Below, piece by piece: positions 1 through 8,677 of a DNA stretch of 64,000 nt. The position numbers and the translations under genes are program-made. Every line of letters begins with the position of its first letter. Within the stretch, counting starts at the first letter, position 1. Under the pieces are notes generated by a model. The model was not told where the DNA came from, searched no databases, and worked only from the letters and a program-made list of their open reading frames with translations. The stretch lies in the NCBI GenBank assembly GCA_965223845.1, contig CBDCXR010000004.1, positions 5,696,001 to 5,760,000 on the forward strand, read 5' to 3'. The DNA comes from Planctomycetota bacterium (GTDB taxonomy: Bacteria; Planctomycetota; UBA8108; SXIK01).

Positions 1-2808
1 GACGTCTCGGTCGACGTCGACCTCACGACCACCTATGACGGCGAGCTCGATCTTTCGAGCCGCATCGTTCTCCTCGTCGACGGGAAGCCCGCTGCGAGCG
101 ATCACGCCGTCGGCGACCAGCTCACCCTCGACCCCTGTCCGTCCGGCTGCGGCGGACCGTGCGCGGTCGGACCGGACGGCGAAGCGGGCGGTGTGTGCGA
201 GATCCAGAACGAGGATCTCTACTGCGCCTGCTCGTCCTACTCCTACGCCTCCGCGCACTTCCGGGGGATCGAGCTCGAACCGGGCGCGCGGGTCACGGCG
301 CGGCTCGTTCCCATTGGGCTCGAGCTACCCGAGCTTCCTGGCCTTCGGAAGAACGACAGCATCTCGACTACCCTCCCGATCCCGTCCTTCGGTCTTCCGC
401 ATCGCGGGCTCGATGGCAGTCACGTCGACATCTCAGGCGACAAGATCACGATCGACGTCAGTCCGGGATGCCGGACCGGCGAGGGGACCGATCCCTCGAA
501 CTGCCTTCCGCGGTTTCCCGATGTCGATTTTGAGCTCGCCTACGTGTGCGGGGAAGGCGGCTGCACCTCAGCAGATGGCGTCAAGCCGCTCGACCTCGAC
601 GGTTTCCTCTTCGTCTGCCGGTGCGACGACAACGGAGAGATCATCTACGCGAGTTGTATCCTGTGGTCGCATCCCTGGTCTGGGAACTCCCGACCCACGC
701 CCGTCGCGGGCCCCGATGGACTCCTCTATCTTTGCGTGGAGGACGAGGAGGCCCAGGAGTCGAGCTGCACTCCTTGGCCCGAGAACGCGAGGCCCGTTGC
801 CGGGCCGGACGGACTGCCGTGGTTCTGCGCGGAGGACGAAGAAACCGGAGAAGTCCTCTGCGCGCCTTGGCTTCTTCCGGTTGAGCCGATGGCGGGACCC
901 GTCGCCGGGCCGGACGGACTCATCTACATCTGTGTCCGGGACGAAAACGGCGAAGAGACCGCCTGCATCCCGGTGCCCGCGGACGTCAAACCCGCCCAAG
1001 GGATCGACGGTCTCCTCTACCTCTGCCACGAGGACGACGTGACCGGCGAACGCGAGTGCATCCCGTGGTCCCATCCCGAGAAGTCCCGGGCTGAGCCCGT
1101 CGTCGGTCCGGACGGACTCGTCTATCTCTGCGTCGAGGATAAAGAGACGCAGACGTCCGAGTGCATTCCCTGGTACGAGGAGGTCGACGTCGTCGAAGGA
1201 CCGAACGGCTTCCTCTGGCTCTGCGCGGAGGATGAACGTGCGCAGCAGTCGATCTGTATCCCCTGGCTCCCGGGCACCGAGCCCTCCGTCGGCCCGGAGG
1301 GGAATCTCAGGCTCTGCCGGAACGGGAACTGCGAGCCGAGCGCGGGAGTCGGCATCGACTTCGGACGGCCGGAATCGATCGAGGTTTGCTTCGAGGATGC
1401 GCTCGATGCGCGAGAGACACCGGAGGGAGCGTTCCTCGGTGTCGACGTGCTCTCGCCGGAAGGACGGCTTCTCGGACGTGAAACCGCACGCGACGCCGGA
1501 GACGTGTTCCGGGTCGAAGCCGATTTTTCTCCGATCGGCACGGAAGGCTATCACCTCGTCGCGGTGAAGGACGGTCAAGTCGTCGGCGAGGCCGAGAGCG
1601 GGGGACCGCGCTACACCTTGGATCAGGACTTCGCCCCCGAATGCGTTCGCTCCGCCATCGTCGAAGGCGATCTCTGCATCATGTTCTGCTGGGACGACAC
1701 CCCTCGGCCCGTGAGCGTTCGTCTTGGAGACGACGTCTTCGAGGCTGACTGCGTTCTTCTCATCTCGGTCGGCGCCGAGCCACTCGAGGCGGGGGACGTC
1801 GGGAAGATCGAGCTTCGCTTCGCCGACACCGGCCCGCGCACTATCGCAAGCGAGAGCTTCACTGCCTTCGGCGGCCGGCGGCATCGCGCGAGCGGACGCG
1901 TTCGCCCCGTGAGCCCGAACTTGATCGTAATGGAGTCGGATTCTCGCACCGATCTGGGCTCGAAACTTCAGGTCCAGCTCACCCCCCCGGCCTCCGCGTG
2001 GTCTGTCGGCTTCGATCCAAGCTACGAAATGGTCGAAGGCTCGCGACTCGGCGTCGGCGTTTCGACGATCGGCGACGAGGACGGCAAGATCCAAGACGAG
2101 TTCGTTTCTTTTGCGCACGACGGCAGCGGCATCGTCGTCCACGCCGAGTTCTCGCCATTTCCTGGCAATCACTTTAGCTCGCGTTTTTTCAGTGAGGCTT
2201 CCGTTGTCGCTGAGTATGAAGACCAAAGAGCGCCGTCCGCGCTGTCGCTCGACGGGTCAGCGCGTTTCTCCGACTGGTTCGTGATCATCGATTCGGGATC
2301 GCAGGAGAGCGACGAGATCCGCTTCCGCGCTGTTCTCTCCGGGGACCAGGAGATCTCGGTCGAAGGCGCGACGGTGATCGCCGATGCATTCGAGCTCGTG
2401 GCGGAGATCCCGCGGAAGAAGGGCGTGCCCGATGGCGCTCTCGCGTTCGACTCCTTCGAGCTCACCGTCTCGGGGATTCCCGAGCTCGCCATCGTCTCGG
2501 AGGAGTCCGTGCCCTTCGTGCCGCCCGAGGAGGACGGTTTCCTTCGAGGGGACTGCAACGGCGACGGGGAGCTCAACATTTCCGATCCCATCTTCGATCT
2601 CGAGTCGCTCTTCGGAACCGGTCGGGCATCGGGATGCCTCGAAGCCTGCGATGCGAACGACGACACGGAGCACAACATCTCCGACGCTATCTACTCTCTC
2701 TACTACCTGTTCGCGGACGGTGCAGCGCCAGGCGCGCCGTTCCCCGACTGCGGCGCGGATCCGACGCCCGACGGCGGGCTGGCCTGCGAGGACCCAGGTT
2801 GCGACTGA
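1..2808 (+). CDS. Large extracellular Cys-repeat protein with C-terminal dockerin-like domain (5' partial)
   Basis: Frame 1 is open from base 1 (DVSVDVDLTTTY...), so the start lies upstream of the window. About 8 repeats of PxxGPDGLxYxC-x10-CxPW. C-terminus FLRGDCNGDGELNISD...CDANDD...NISDAIYSLYYLF...PFPDCGADPT. Confidence 0.8.
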   Translation, partial: DVSVDVDLTTTYDGELDLSSRIVLLVDGKPAASDHAVGDQLTLDPCPSGCGGPCAVGPDGEAGGVCEIQNEDLYCACSSYSYASAHFRGIELEPGARVTARLVPIGLELPELPGLRKNDSISTTLPIPSFGLPHRGLDGSHVDISGDKITIDVSPGCRTGEGTDPSNCLPRFPDVDFELAYVCGEGGCTSADGVKPLDLDGFLFVCRCDDNGEIIYASCILWSHPWSGNSRPTPVAGPDGLLYLCVEDEEAQESSCTPWPENARPVAGPDGLPWFCAEDEETGEVLCAPWLLPVEPMAGPVAGPDGLIYICVRDENGEETACIPVPADVKPAQGIDGLLYLCHEDDVTGERECIPWSHPEKSRAEPVVGPDGLVYLCVEDKETQTSECIPWYEEVDVVEGPNGFLWLCAEDERAQQSICIPWLPGTEPSVGPEGNLRLCRNGNCEPSAGVGIDFGRPESIEVCFEDALDARETPEGAFLGVDVLSPEGRLLGRETARDAGDVFRVEADFSPIGTEGYHLVAVKDGQVVGEAESGGPRYTLDQDFAPECVRSAIVEGDLCIMFCWDDTPRPVSVRLGDDVFEADCVLLISVGAEPLEAGDVGKIELRFADTGPRTIASESFTAFGGRRHRASGRVRPVSPNLIVMESDSRTDLGSKLQVQLTPPASAWSVGFDPSYEMVEGSRLGVGVSTIGDEDGKIQDEFVSFAHDGSGIVVHAEFSPFPGNHFSSRFFSEASVVAEYEDQRAPSALSLDGSARFSDWFVIIDSGSQESDEIRFRAVLSGDQEISVEGATVIADAFELVAEIPRKKGVPDGALAFDSFELTVSGIPELAIVSEESVPFVPPEEDGFLRGDCNGDGELNISDPIFDLESLFGTGRASGCLEACDANDDTEHNISDAIYSLYYLFADGAAPGAPFPDCGADPTPDGGLACEDPGCD

Positions 2809-2834
2809 ATGGCTCGGAATGGGAGTCGTTCGCT

Positions 2835-2860
2835 CGTTCCCGTTCCCGTTCCCGTTCCCG
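2835..2860. repeat. (CGTTCC)x4 hexamer tract with degenerate complementary CGGGAA-like tract at ~2925-2960
   Basis: cgttcc cgttcc cgttcc cgttcc read directly. Related tracts at ~49727-49745 and ~53159-53220. Confidence 0.6.
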
Positions 2861-2992
2861 ATTCGGATACGTGAAACGCTTTGATCGGAATGGGTGGTCC
2901 GCGGGAAGTGAGGTGAGAGGAGTCTCGGGAACGGGGGCGGGTTTGGGGGAAGGTGTACGGACTCGCTACTCCCGCCGAATACAATCGGGTCG

Positions 2993-3676
2993 ATGAACTC
3001 CGATTCGACTTGCTGGACCGTGATTCGCGAGGCAGCTGCCGGAGGCGAAGACGCGCGGGATCGCTTCGCCGAGAGCTACACTCCAGTGGTGCGCGCCTAT
3101 CTCGGTCACCGCTGGAAGGGCACCGCTTGCGCGGACGACATCGACGACGCTCTCCAGGAGGTCTTTCTCGAGTGTTTTCGCGAAGACGGCGTGCTCGATC
3201 GAGTGGACGCCGGACGCTCGGGTGGCTTTCGTGCGTTTCTTTACGGCGTGGTTCGAAACGTCGCGCGTCGGATCGAGTCTCGGCGCTTGTCAAAAGAGCG
3301 GGAGCGCCATTCGGCGAGCGAACTCGACGCCGGCGAAATGGAACAGCGAGAACCCACTCTCTCGCGCCTCTTCGACCGCGCCTGGGCGAAAGCGCTCCTT
3401 CGCGAAGCATCCGCGCTGCAAAAGGAACGAGCGCAGTCGGGCGGCGCGAGCGCCGTTCGCCGTGTCGAGCTCCTCCTTCTCAGGTTCCAGAACGATTTGC
3501 CCATACGGGAGATTGCCAAACGCTGGGATATGGATCCCGCGCAGCTCCATCGGGAGTACGCTACGGCTCGGCGAGAGTTCAAGGACGCGCTGCTCGAGGT
3601 GGTTTCGTTCCATCACCCTGGCACTCCAGTCGAGGTGGAGCGACAGTGCTCGAACTTGTTGGCTTTCTTCGAGTGA
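2993..3676 (+). CDS. ECF-type RNA polymerase sigma factor (kinase-associated type)
   Basis: N-terminal STCWTVI, region 2 DDIDDALQEVFL...GGFRAFLYGVVRN, LFDRAWAKALL, region 4 HTH PIREIAKRWDM. Lies directly upstream of a Ser/Thr kinase. Confidence 0.85.
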   Translation: MNSDSTCWTVIREAAAGGEDARDRFAESYTPVVRAYLGHRWKGTACADDIDDALQEVFLECFREDGVLDRVDAGRSGGFRAFLYGVVRNVARRIESRRLSKERERHSASELDAGEMEQREPTLSRLFDRAWAKALLREASALQKERAQSGGASAVRRVELLLLRFQNDLPIREIAKRWDMDPAQLHREYATARREFKDALLEVVSFHHPGTPVEVERQCSNLLAFFE

Positions 3677-3681
3677 AGACG

Positions 3682-3984
3682 TTTACACGAAGTTCGCGAA
3701 GGGGGCGCGAAGGAAGACGAAGGGAAAAGAGAGTAGAGAATGAGAGTTGATTGGCAGAGAGAGAGTGAGTGAACGTGGAGATTCGCTGACCTTCGACCTT
3801 GTGCCGAGCAGCGATGTCCGCGCCGTCGAGAGCCGCCTCGAGAAGGGCGTTCTCTAATCCATTCTTTCGCCGGCTTCTTTTACAATGGATTCGCGGCCGA
3901 CTCTACGCGCGCGTCCGAGATCCATCTTCTTATTGCTCCTCTCCTTCGTCTTCCTTCGCGCCCCCTTCGCGACCTTCGTGTGAA
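3682..3984. repeat. Intergenic long inverted-repeat (hairpin/MITE-like) element, copy 1
   Basis: Left arm 3682-3723 tttacacgaagttcgcgaagggggcgcgaaggaagacgaagg pairs with 3943-3984 (42 bp, 2 mismatches). Confidence 0.85.
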
Positions 3985-4017
3985 TCTCCTCTCCGGGAGT
4001 CCATAGACGGAGAACGC

Positions 4018-7000
4018 ATGTCCGAGGGAAACACTCACGAGAGCCCCGATCGTTCGGATCAAATCGAAGGCGGCCTCCGTGCGGCCTTCGGTCCCGAAAC
4101 AGAAACCGACGGCATCGGCGCCGCGAGTGTTCTCCGACGACTCCGGAACTCGGGCGCTTCCGTCCCGCAGGTGAGCCTCCGCGATCTCGAGGAGGAACCC
4201 GTTCGCCGCATCCGAACGCGCCCGGGCGAAAAGGGCATCCCCGATCGGCTCGGTCGCTATCAACTCCTCGGGGAGATCGCTCGCGGCGGCGTGGGCGTCG
4301 TCTACAAGGCTCGCGACGTCGATCTGGGTCGCTACCTGGCGATCAAGATCCTCCTCGAGAAGCATCGCGGCCGTCCGGAGATGACGCACCGCTTCATCGA
4401 AGAAGCTCAGATCGCCGGCCAGCTCCAGCATCCGGGCGTCGCCCCCATCCACGAGCTCGGGATCATCGATTCCGACCTGCCTTACTTCGCGATGCGCCTC
4501 ATCAACGGACGCACGCTCTCCGCTCTCCTGCGCGAGCGCCCCTCCGCGCTCGACGACCGATCGCGCTTCCTCGCGGTCTTCGAGCGCGTCGCCGAAACAC
4601 TCGCTTACGCAAACGCGCGGGGCGTCATCCACCGCGATCTCAAACCCTCGAACATCATGGTCGGAGCGTTCGGCGAAGTTCAGGTCATGGACTGGGGTCT
4701 CGCGAAGGTCCTCGCCCAAGGCGGTGTGGCCGACGAAGAGCGCGCGTTTCCCGCGGAGAGCGCCGCCGGCAGCTCGATCAAGACGATCCGAAGCGGGAGC
4801 ACGATATCCGATTCTGTCGCCGGATCGGTTCTCGGAACGCCCGCCTACATGGCCCCCGAGCAGGCTCGAGGCGAGATCGGTCTCGTCGATGAGCGCTCGG
4901 ACGTCTTCGGTCTCGGAGCGATCCTCTGCGAGATCCTCACCGGTGAGCCTCCCTTCACCGGAAGCTCGAACGAGGAAGTCCACCGGCGCGCCAAAGCGGG
5001 CGATCTCGGAGGAGCCTTCCGTCGCCTCGCGGAATCGGGCGCGGACGAAGAGCTCGTCGATCTCGCGACTCGATGCCTCGCCGTCGATCGCTTCGCGCGT
5101 CCTCGCGACGCCGGCGTCGTTTCGCGCGAAGCCGCCGCGTACCGCACGTCTCTCGACGAGCGCGCACGCCGCTCGGAGCTCGAAGCCGCCGAAGCGCGGG
5201 TCAAGGCCCTCGAGGAACGCAAAGCGCGCCGGCGAACGATCGCCCTCGCGGCGACGGTTGTCGTCGCCGTCTCGCTCGTAGCGACGGTCTGGGTGTCGGC
5301 TCGGCGGCGCGAAGACTCGATCAAGGACGAGGAGACTCGCGCGGTCGAGCGGGAGCTCGGCTCGGCGAAGGATCACTGGGAGACGGCAAAGAGTGTCGAG
5401 GCGTTTCGCGCGGCGGAGTGGCGCCGCGCCGTCGAGGCCGCCCGGCGCGCCAATGAGCTTGTTACCGAGAGAGTCGACGACTCTCTGCGCACGGAGAGCG
5501 TCGAGCTCTTTCGTCAGGTGGACGCCGAGGGTCGTCTGCTCGAACAACTCGAGGAGATTCGGCTCGAGCACGCGGACGATCCGAACTGGGGGAGCCGCGA
5601 GCCCGGGTACGGCGACGCGTTTCGTGAGTTCGGCGTCGAGGTGGACGTCGAGTGGTCGAACGCCGGTCCGGTCATCGAGGAACTGCGGGCCACGGGCATC
5701 GGCCCGCAGCTCGCCTCCGCCTTCGATCACTGGGCGATGGCGCGGCGCCGGATCGCCACGGCCGCGCCCGAGACCTGGAAACGGCTGCTCCGCGTCGCGC
5801 GCGCGATCGATCCCGATCCGTGGCGGAGTCAGCTCCGAACCTCGTTCGAGAACGACAACCTCGAGGAGCTCCGGCGCCTCGCGCGGCGAAAGGAACTCCT
5901 CGAGACAGCACCTCCGAGCACGATCGTCCTCCTCGCTTCGAGCCTCATCGCTGCCGATCGACGCGAAGACGCGGAAATCCTCTACTGGCGAGCGTGGCAG
6001 CGTCACCGGGACGACTTCTGGATCAACCACGGTCTCGGCTACCTAGCGCTCACCGATCCTCAGCCGCGTCACGACGAGGCGCTTCTCTACTTCACCGCCG
6101 CGCTGGTGCTGCGTCCCCACAGCGCTCATGCGCTCCGAGACTACGGAGTGATTCTGCAGCGGCTGGGAAAGGACTCCGGCGCGAAGACCGCACTCGGGGA
6201 ATCGCTGAGCTCCGAGCGGAATCGAACGACGAACGCAGTCGCCTGGAGCCAGGGGACGACGCGAATCGAGACGGACCGATTCAGCTCCGTCCAGATGGTT
6301 GCGCTCGAAGGCGGACCCTGGGGCGATGCCGCGTTCGACCCGAAGGACTCGGAGACCTTCTTCGTCGGCGCCCGCCTCCCCGCCCAGAGAGACGACGGGA
6401 TCTACCGCGTCCGCCGCCGCGGCGGCGAGTGGATCGCAAGCGACAAGATCCTGACCGGGTCCTTTCCGTCGGATCTCAGTTTCGGGCCGGACGGCGCGCT
6501 CTGGATTGCGCGGACGATCAAACCTTACGTCTACCGCGTGACGAATCCCGGACAGCCGGCGAGCCAGGTGGTGAAGCGGATCATCGAGGAGTTCCAGACG
6601 AACGCAGACGACGATCCCATCGCGCTCGCCTTCGCTCCTCCCGGATTCGATGGTCCGGCCGCGCGTCCCGGTGATCTCATCATCGCCGACACCGCGGTCG
6701 ACGATCAGCTCGCGCCCCGACGGCTGGGGATCGCGACGTCGCTCGCGAAGTGCTTTTACGCGTTCACCCCGTCCGGCGGAGACGTCGCGCCCGACAGCTC
6801 GTCCTACCGCCGCTTCCTCGTCCGGCCCGAGACGCTGAGGAGTTACTTTCCCTACTACCTCACGGACTTCACGTTCTCTCGCGACGGTGCTTCGCTCTAC
6901 GCGCTCTTTGCGCAGGGCCGGATCTTGGAATTCGACGCCGCGGGTCGACTCGTCCGCGAGATTCCCGTTCAAGGCGACGTGGTCTTCGGCCATGCCACGG

Positions 7001-8565
7001 CGATCACGGCCGCGGCGGACGGACGACTGTGGATCTCCGACGATCATCGCGACGAGATTTGGTCCGTCGACGCCGCGAGCGGACTCGCTCGGCGAGAGAT
7101 CGCCTTCCTGAGCCCCGAGCGCCCACTCGAGCTGAGTACCGGTACGCTCACGTTCTCCCCTGACGGAAAAGAGCTCATCGTCGGAGAGCATCGGCGTGAG
7201 GGCGGACGGCTCTGGATTTTTCGCGACGATCCGACGACCGACAACCGTCGCCCCGTCGCCCGCATCGCCGAAGCTCTCGAGTCGCCCGTCGTCGTACGGA
7301 TCGGGGACGGAGCCTCTCTCACGCTCGACGGAAGTGATTCCGACGACGGCGACGGCGGCACCCAATCACTCTCGTTTCGCTGGACTCGGATTCGCGGCCC
7401 CGAGAGCGTCGCCATCGAAGACGCAGATCGTTCGACCGCAATCGTGCACTTCAGCGAACCCGGCGTGTACACCTTCGCGCTCGAAGTCGACGACGGCCGT
7501 GCTCGTCTCGGTCGGCACTCGACACAGATCGTCGTCTACGCGACGAACCAGCGGGCGGAGATCTCCGGACGGGCGGACGGACGATCGACGCGTTTCGACC
7601 GGGAGCATCTCGTTCGCGTCCTCCCGAAGGCCGCCGAGGTCGCCTTCGATCCGACGGACAACGCTCTGTACGCGATAGCCGACCGCGGTGCGGAACGCGG
7701 CGGCGGCGTTTATCGCATCGAGCGTCGGGGAGATTCCTACCGGATCGAAGATCGACTGATCGTTCAGCACAAGTACCAGGGGATCTCCTTTACGCCGAAC
7801 GGAGATCTCTGGCTCGTACGGGACCGCGAAGGCCCTCACTTAGTCGCCCTCCGCGCTCCGCTCACTCTCGCCCCTCACCGGATCGACCCGGTCATTTGGA
7901 ACTTCGGGAAGCCGGCCGACGACGACCCGCGGATCTTGGTCACCGTTCCCCCGGGATTCGTGAGCGATCGAGTGAGCCCGGGCGACCTCATCATCGGGGA
8001 CTGCGGCTTCGACACCGGATTCGGACAGTTGCGCCCGGGCGACCGCGAGGCGCTTCATGTTTACCGTCCCCGCGGCGCCGAAGCAGATGCTCGTCACGAC
8101 CTCCGAGCGTTCGATTCGCTCTTCGTCCCGCCGGACTCCCTCCGCGCCTACCACGCCCATCAACTCACGGACCTCGCTTTCGCAAGAGACGGTGCTGCGC
8201 TCTACGCACTCTACAAGAGTGGGCAGCTCATCGAGATCGATCCCCGGGGCGAAGTCGTGCGGGAGGTGCGAGCGATCGATCCGCTGACGCGCGTCGAAGG
8301 CACGGGGGCGAAGGCGCTCGCCGTCGACCCACTCGACGGGCGAATATGGATCGCGCGCGAGGTGTTCGATTCGGCGCCGCACCTGCTCTCTCTCGATCCT
8401 CAGACGGGAGAAGAACGAGTGGAGATCGTCTTCTACCGGGACGGGGCCCCTGCGTCCGAGCAAGCGCGCTTCCCTTCGCCCTCGCTGCGATTCTCGCCCG
8501 ACGGGCGACTCGTCGTCACGGACGCGAGCGGTTGGTTGTGGATCTTCGAAAAAGCGGGCTCCTAG
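4018..8565 (+). CDS. Membrane Ser/Thr protein kinase with TPR-like region, two beta-propeller modules and a PKD/Ig-like domain
   Basis: IARGGVGVVY, LAIK, HRDLKPSN, DWGLAK, GTPAYMAPEQ, DVFGLG. TM segment IALAATVVVAVSLVATVWV. PKD-like LTLDGSDSDD...FSEPGVYTFALEVDDG. ATG at 4018 with GGAG upstream preferred over the track start at 3799. Confidence 0.9.
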   Translation: MSEGNTHESPDRSDQIEGGLRAAFGPETETDGIGAASVLRRLRNSGASVPQVSLRDLEEEPVRRIRTRPGEKGIPDRLGRYQLLGEIARGGVGVVYKARDVDLGRYLAIKILLEKHRGRPEMTHRFIEEAQIAGQLQHPGVAPIHELGIIDSDLPYFAMRLINGRTLSALLRERPSALDDRSRFLAVFERVAETLAYANARGVIHRDLKPSNIMVGAFGEVQVMDWGLAKVLAQGGVADEERAFPAESAAGSSIKTIRSGSTISDSVAGSVLGTPAYMAPEQARGEIGLVDERSDVFGLGAILCEILTGEPPFTGSSNEEVHRRAKAGDLGGAFRRLAESGADEELVDLATRCLAVDRFARPRDAGVVSREAAAYRTSLDERARRSELEAAEARVKALEERKARRRTIALAATVVVAVSLVATVWVSARRREDSIKDEETRAVERELGSAKDHWETAKSVEAFRAAEWRRAVEAARRANELVTERVDDSLRTESVELFRQVDAEGRLLEQLEEIRLEHADDPNWGSREPGYGDAFREFGVEVDVEWSNAGPVIEELRATGIGPQLASAFDHWAMARRRIATAAPETWKRLLRVARAIDPDPWRSQLRTSFENDNLEELRRLARRKELLETAPPSTIVLLASSLIAADRREDAEILYWRAWQRHRDDFWINHGLGYLALTDPQPRHDEALLYFTAALVLRPHSAHALRDYGVILQRLGKDSGAKTALGESLSSERNRTTNAVAWSQGTTRIETDRFSSVQMVALEGGPWGDAAFDPKDSETFFVGARLPAQRDDGIYRVRRRGGEWIASDKILTGSFPSDLSFGPDGALWIARTIKPYVYRVTNPGQPASQVVKRIIEEFQTNADDDPIALAFAPPGFDGPAARPGDLIIADTAVDDQLAPRRLGIATSLAKCFYAFTPSGGDVAPDSSSYRRFLVRPETLRSYFPYYLTDFTFSRDGASLYALFAQGRILEFDAAGRLVREIPVQGDVVFGHATAITAAADGRLWISDDHRDEIWSVDAASGLARREIAFLSPERPLELSTGTLTFSPDGKELIVGEHRREGGRLWIFRDDPTTDNRRPVARIAEALESPVVVRIGDGASLTLDGSDSDDGDGGTQSLSFRWTRIRGPESVAIEDADRSTAIVHFSEPGVYTFALEVDDGRARLGRHSTQIVVYATNQRAEISGRADGRSTRFDREHLVRVLPKAAEVAFDPTDNALYAIADRGAERGGGVYRIERRGDSYRIEDRLIVQHKYQGISFTPNGDLWLVRDREGPHLVALRAPLTLAPHRIDPVIWNFGKPADDDPRILVTVPPGFVSDRVSPGDLIIGDCGFDTGFGQLRPGDREALHVYRPRGAEADARHDLRAFDSLFVPPDSLRAYHAHQLTDLAFARDGAALYALYKSGQLIEIDPRGEVVREVRAIDPLTRVEGTGAKALAVDPLDGRIWIAREVFDSAPHLLSLDPQTGEERVEIVFYRDGAPASEQARFPSPSLRFSPDGRLVVTDASGWLWIFEKAGS

Positions 8566-8677
8566 GCGCTCGGCGCGGAGAAAGACTCCGAACTCGCGCG
8601 CGACCCGGCTCGATTTGAACTGGAGGCTGAGCTCCACGCGAAGCGGTGAGCGCAATTCGTCGCCGGCTGCCTCGAGC

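Noticed and set aside
3799-4017. N-terminal extension of the kinase in the ORF track (similarly 19816-19989 and 38900-39298)
   Set aside because: The extensions run through the hairpin element or overlap upstream genes, and better starts exist downstream.
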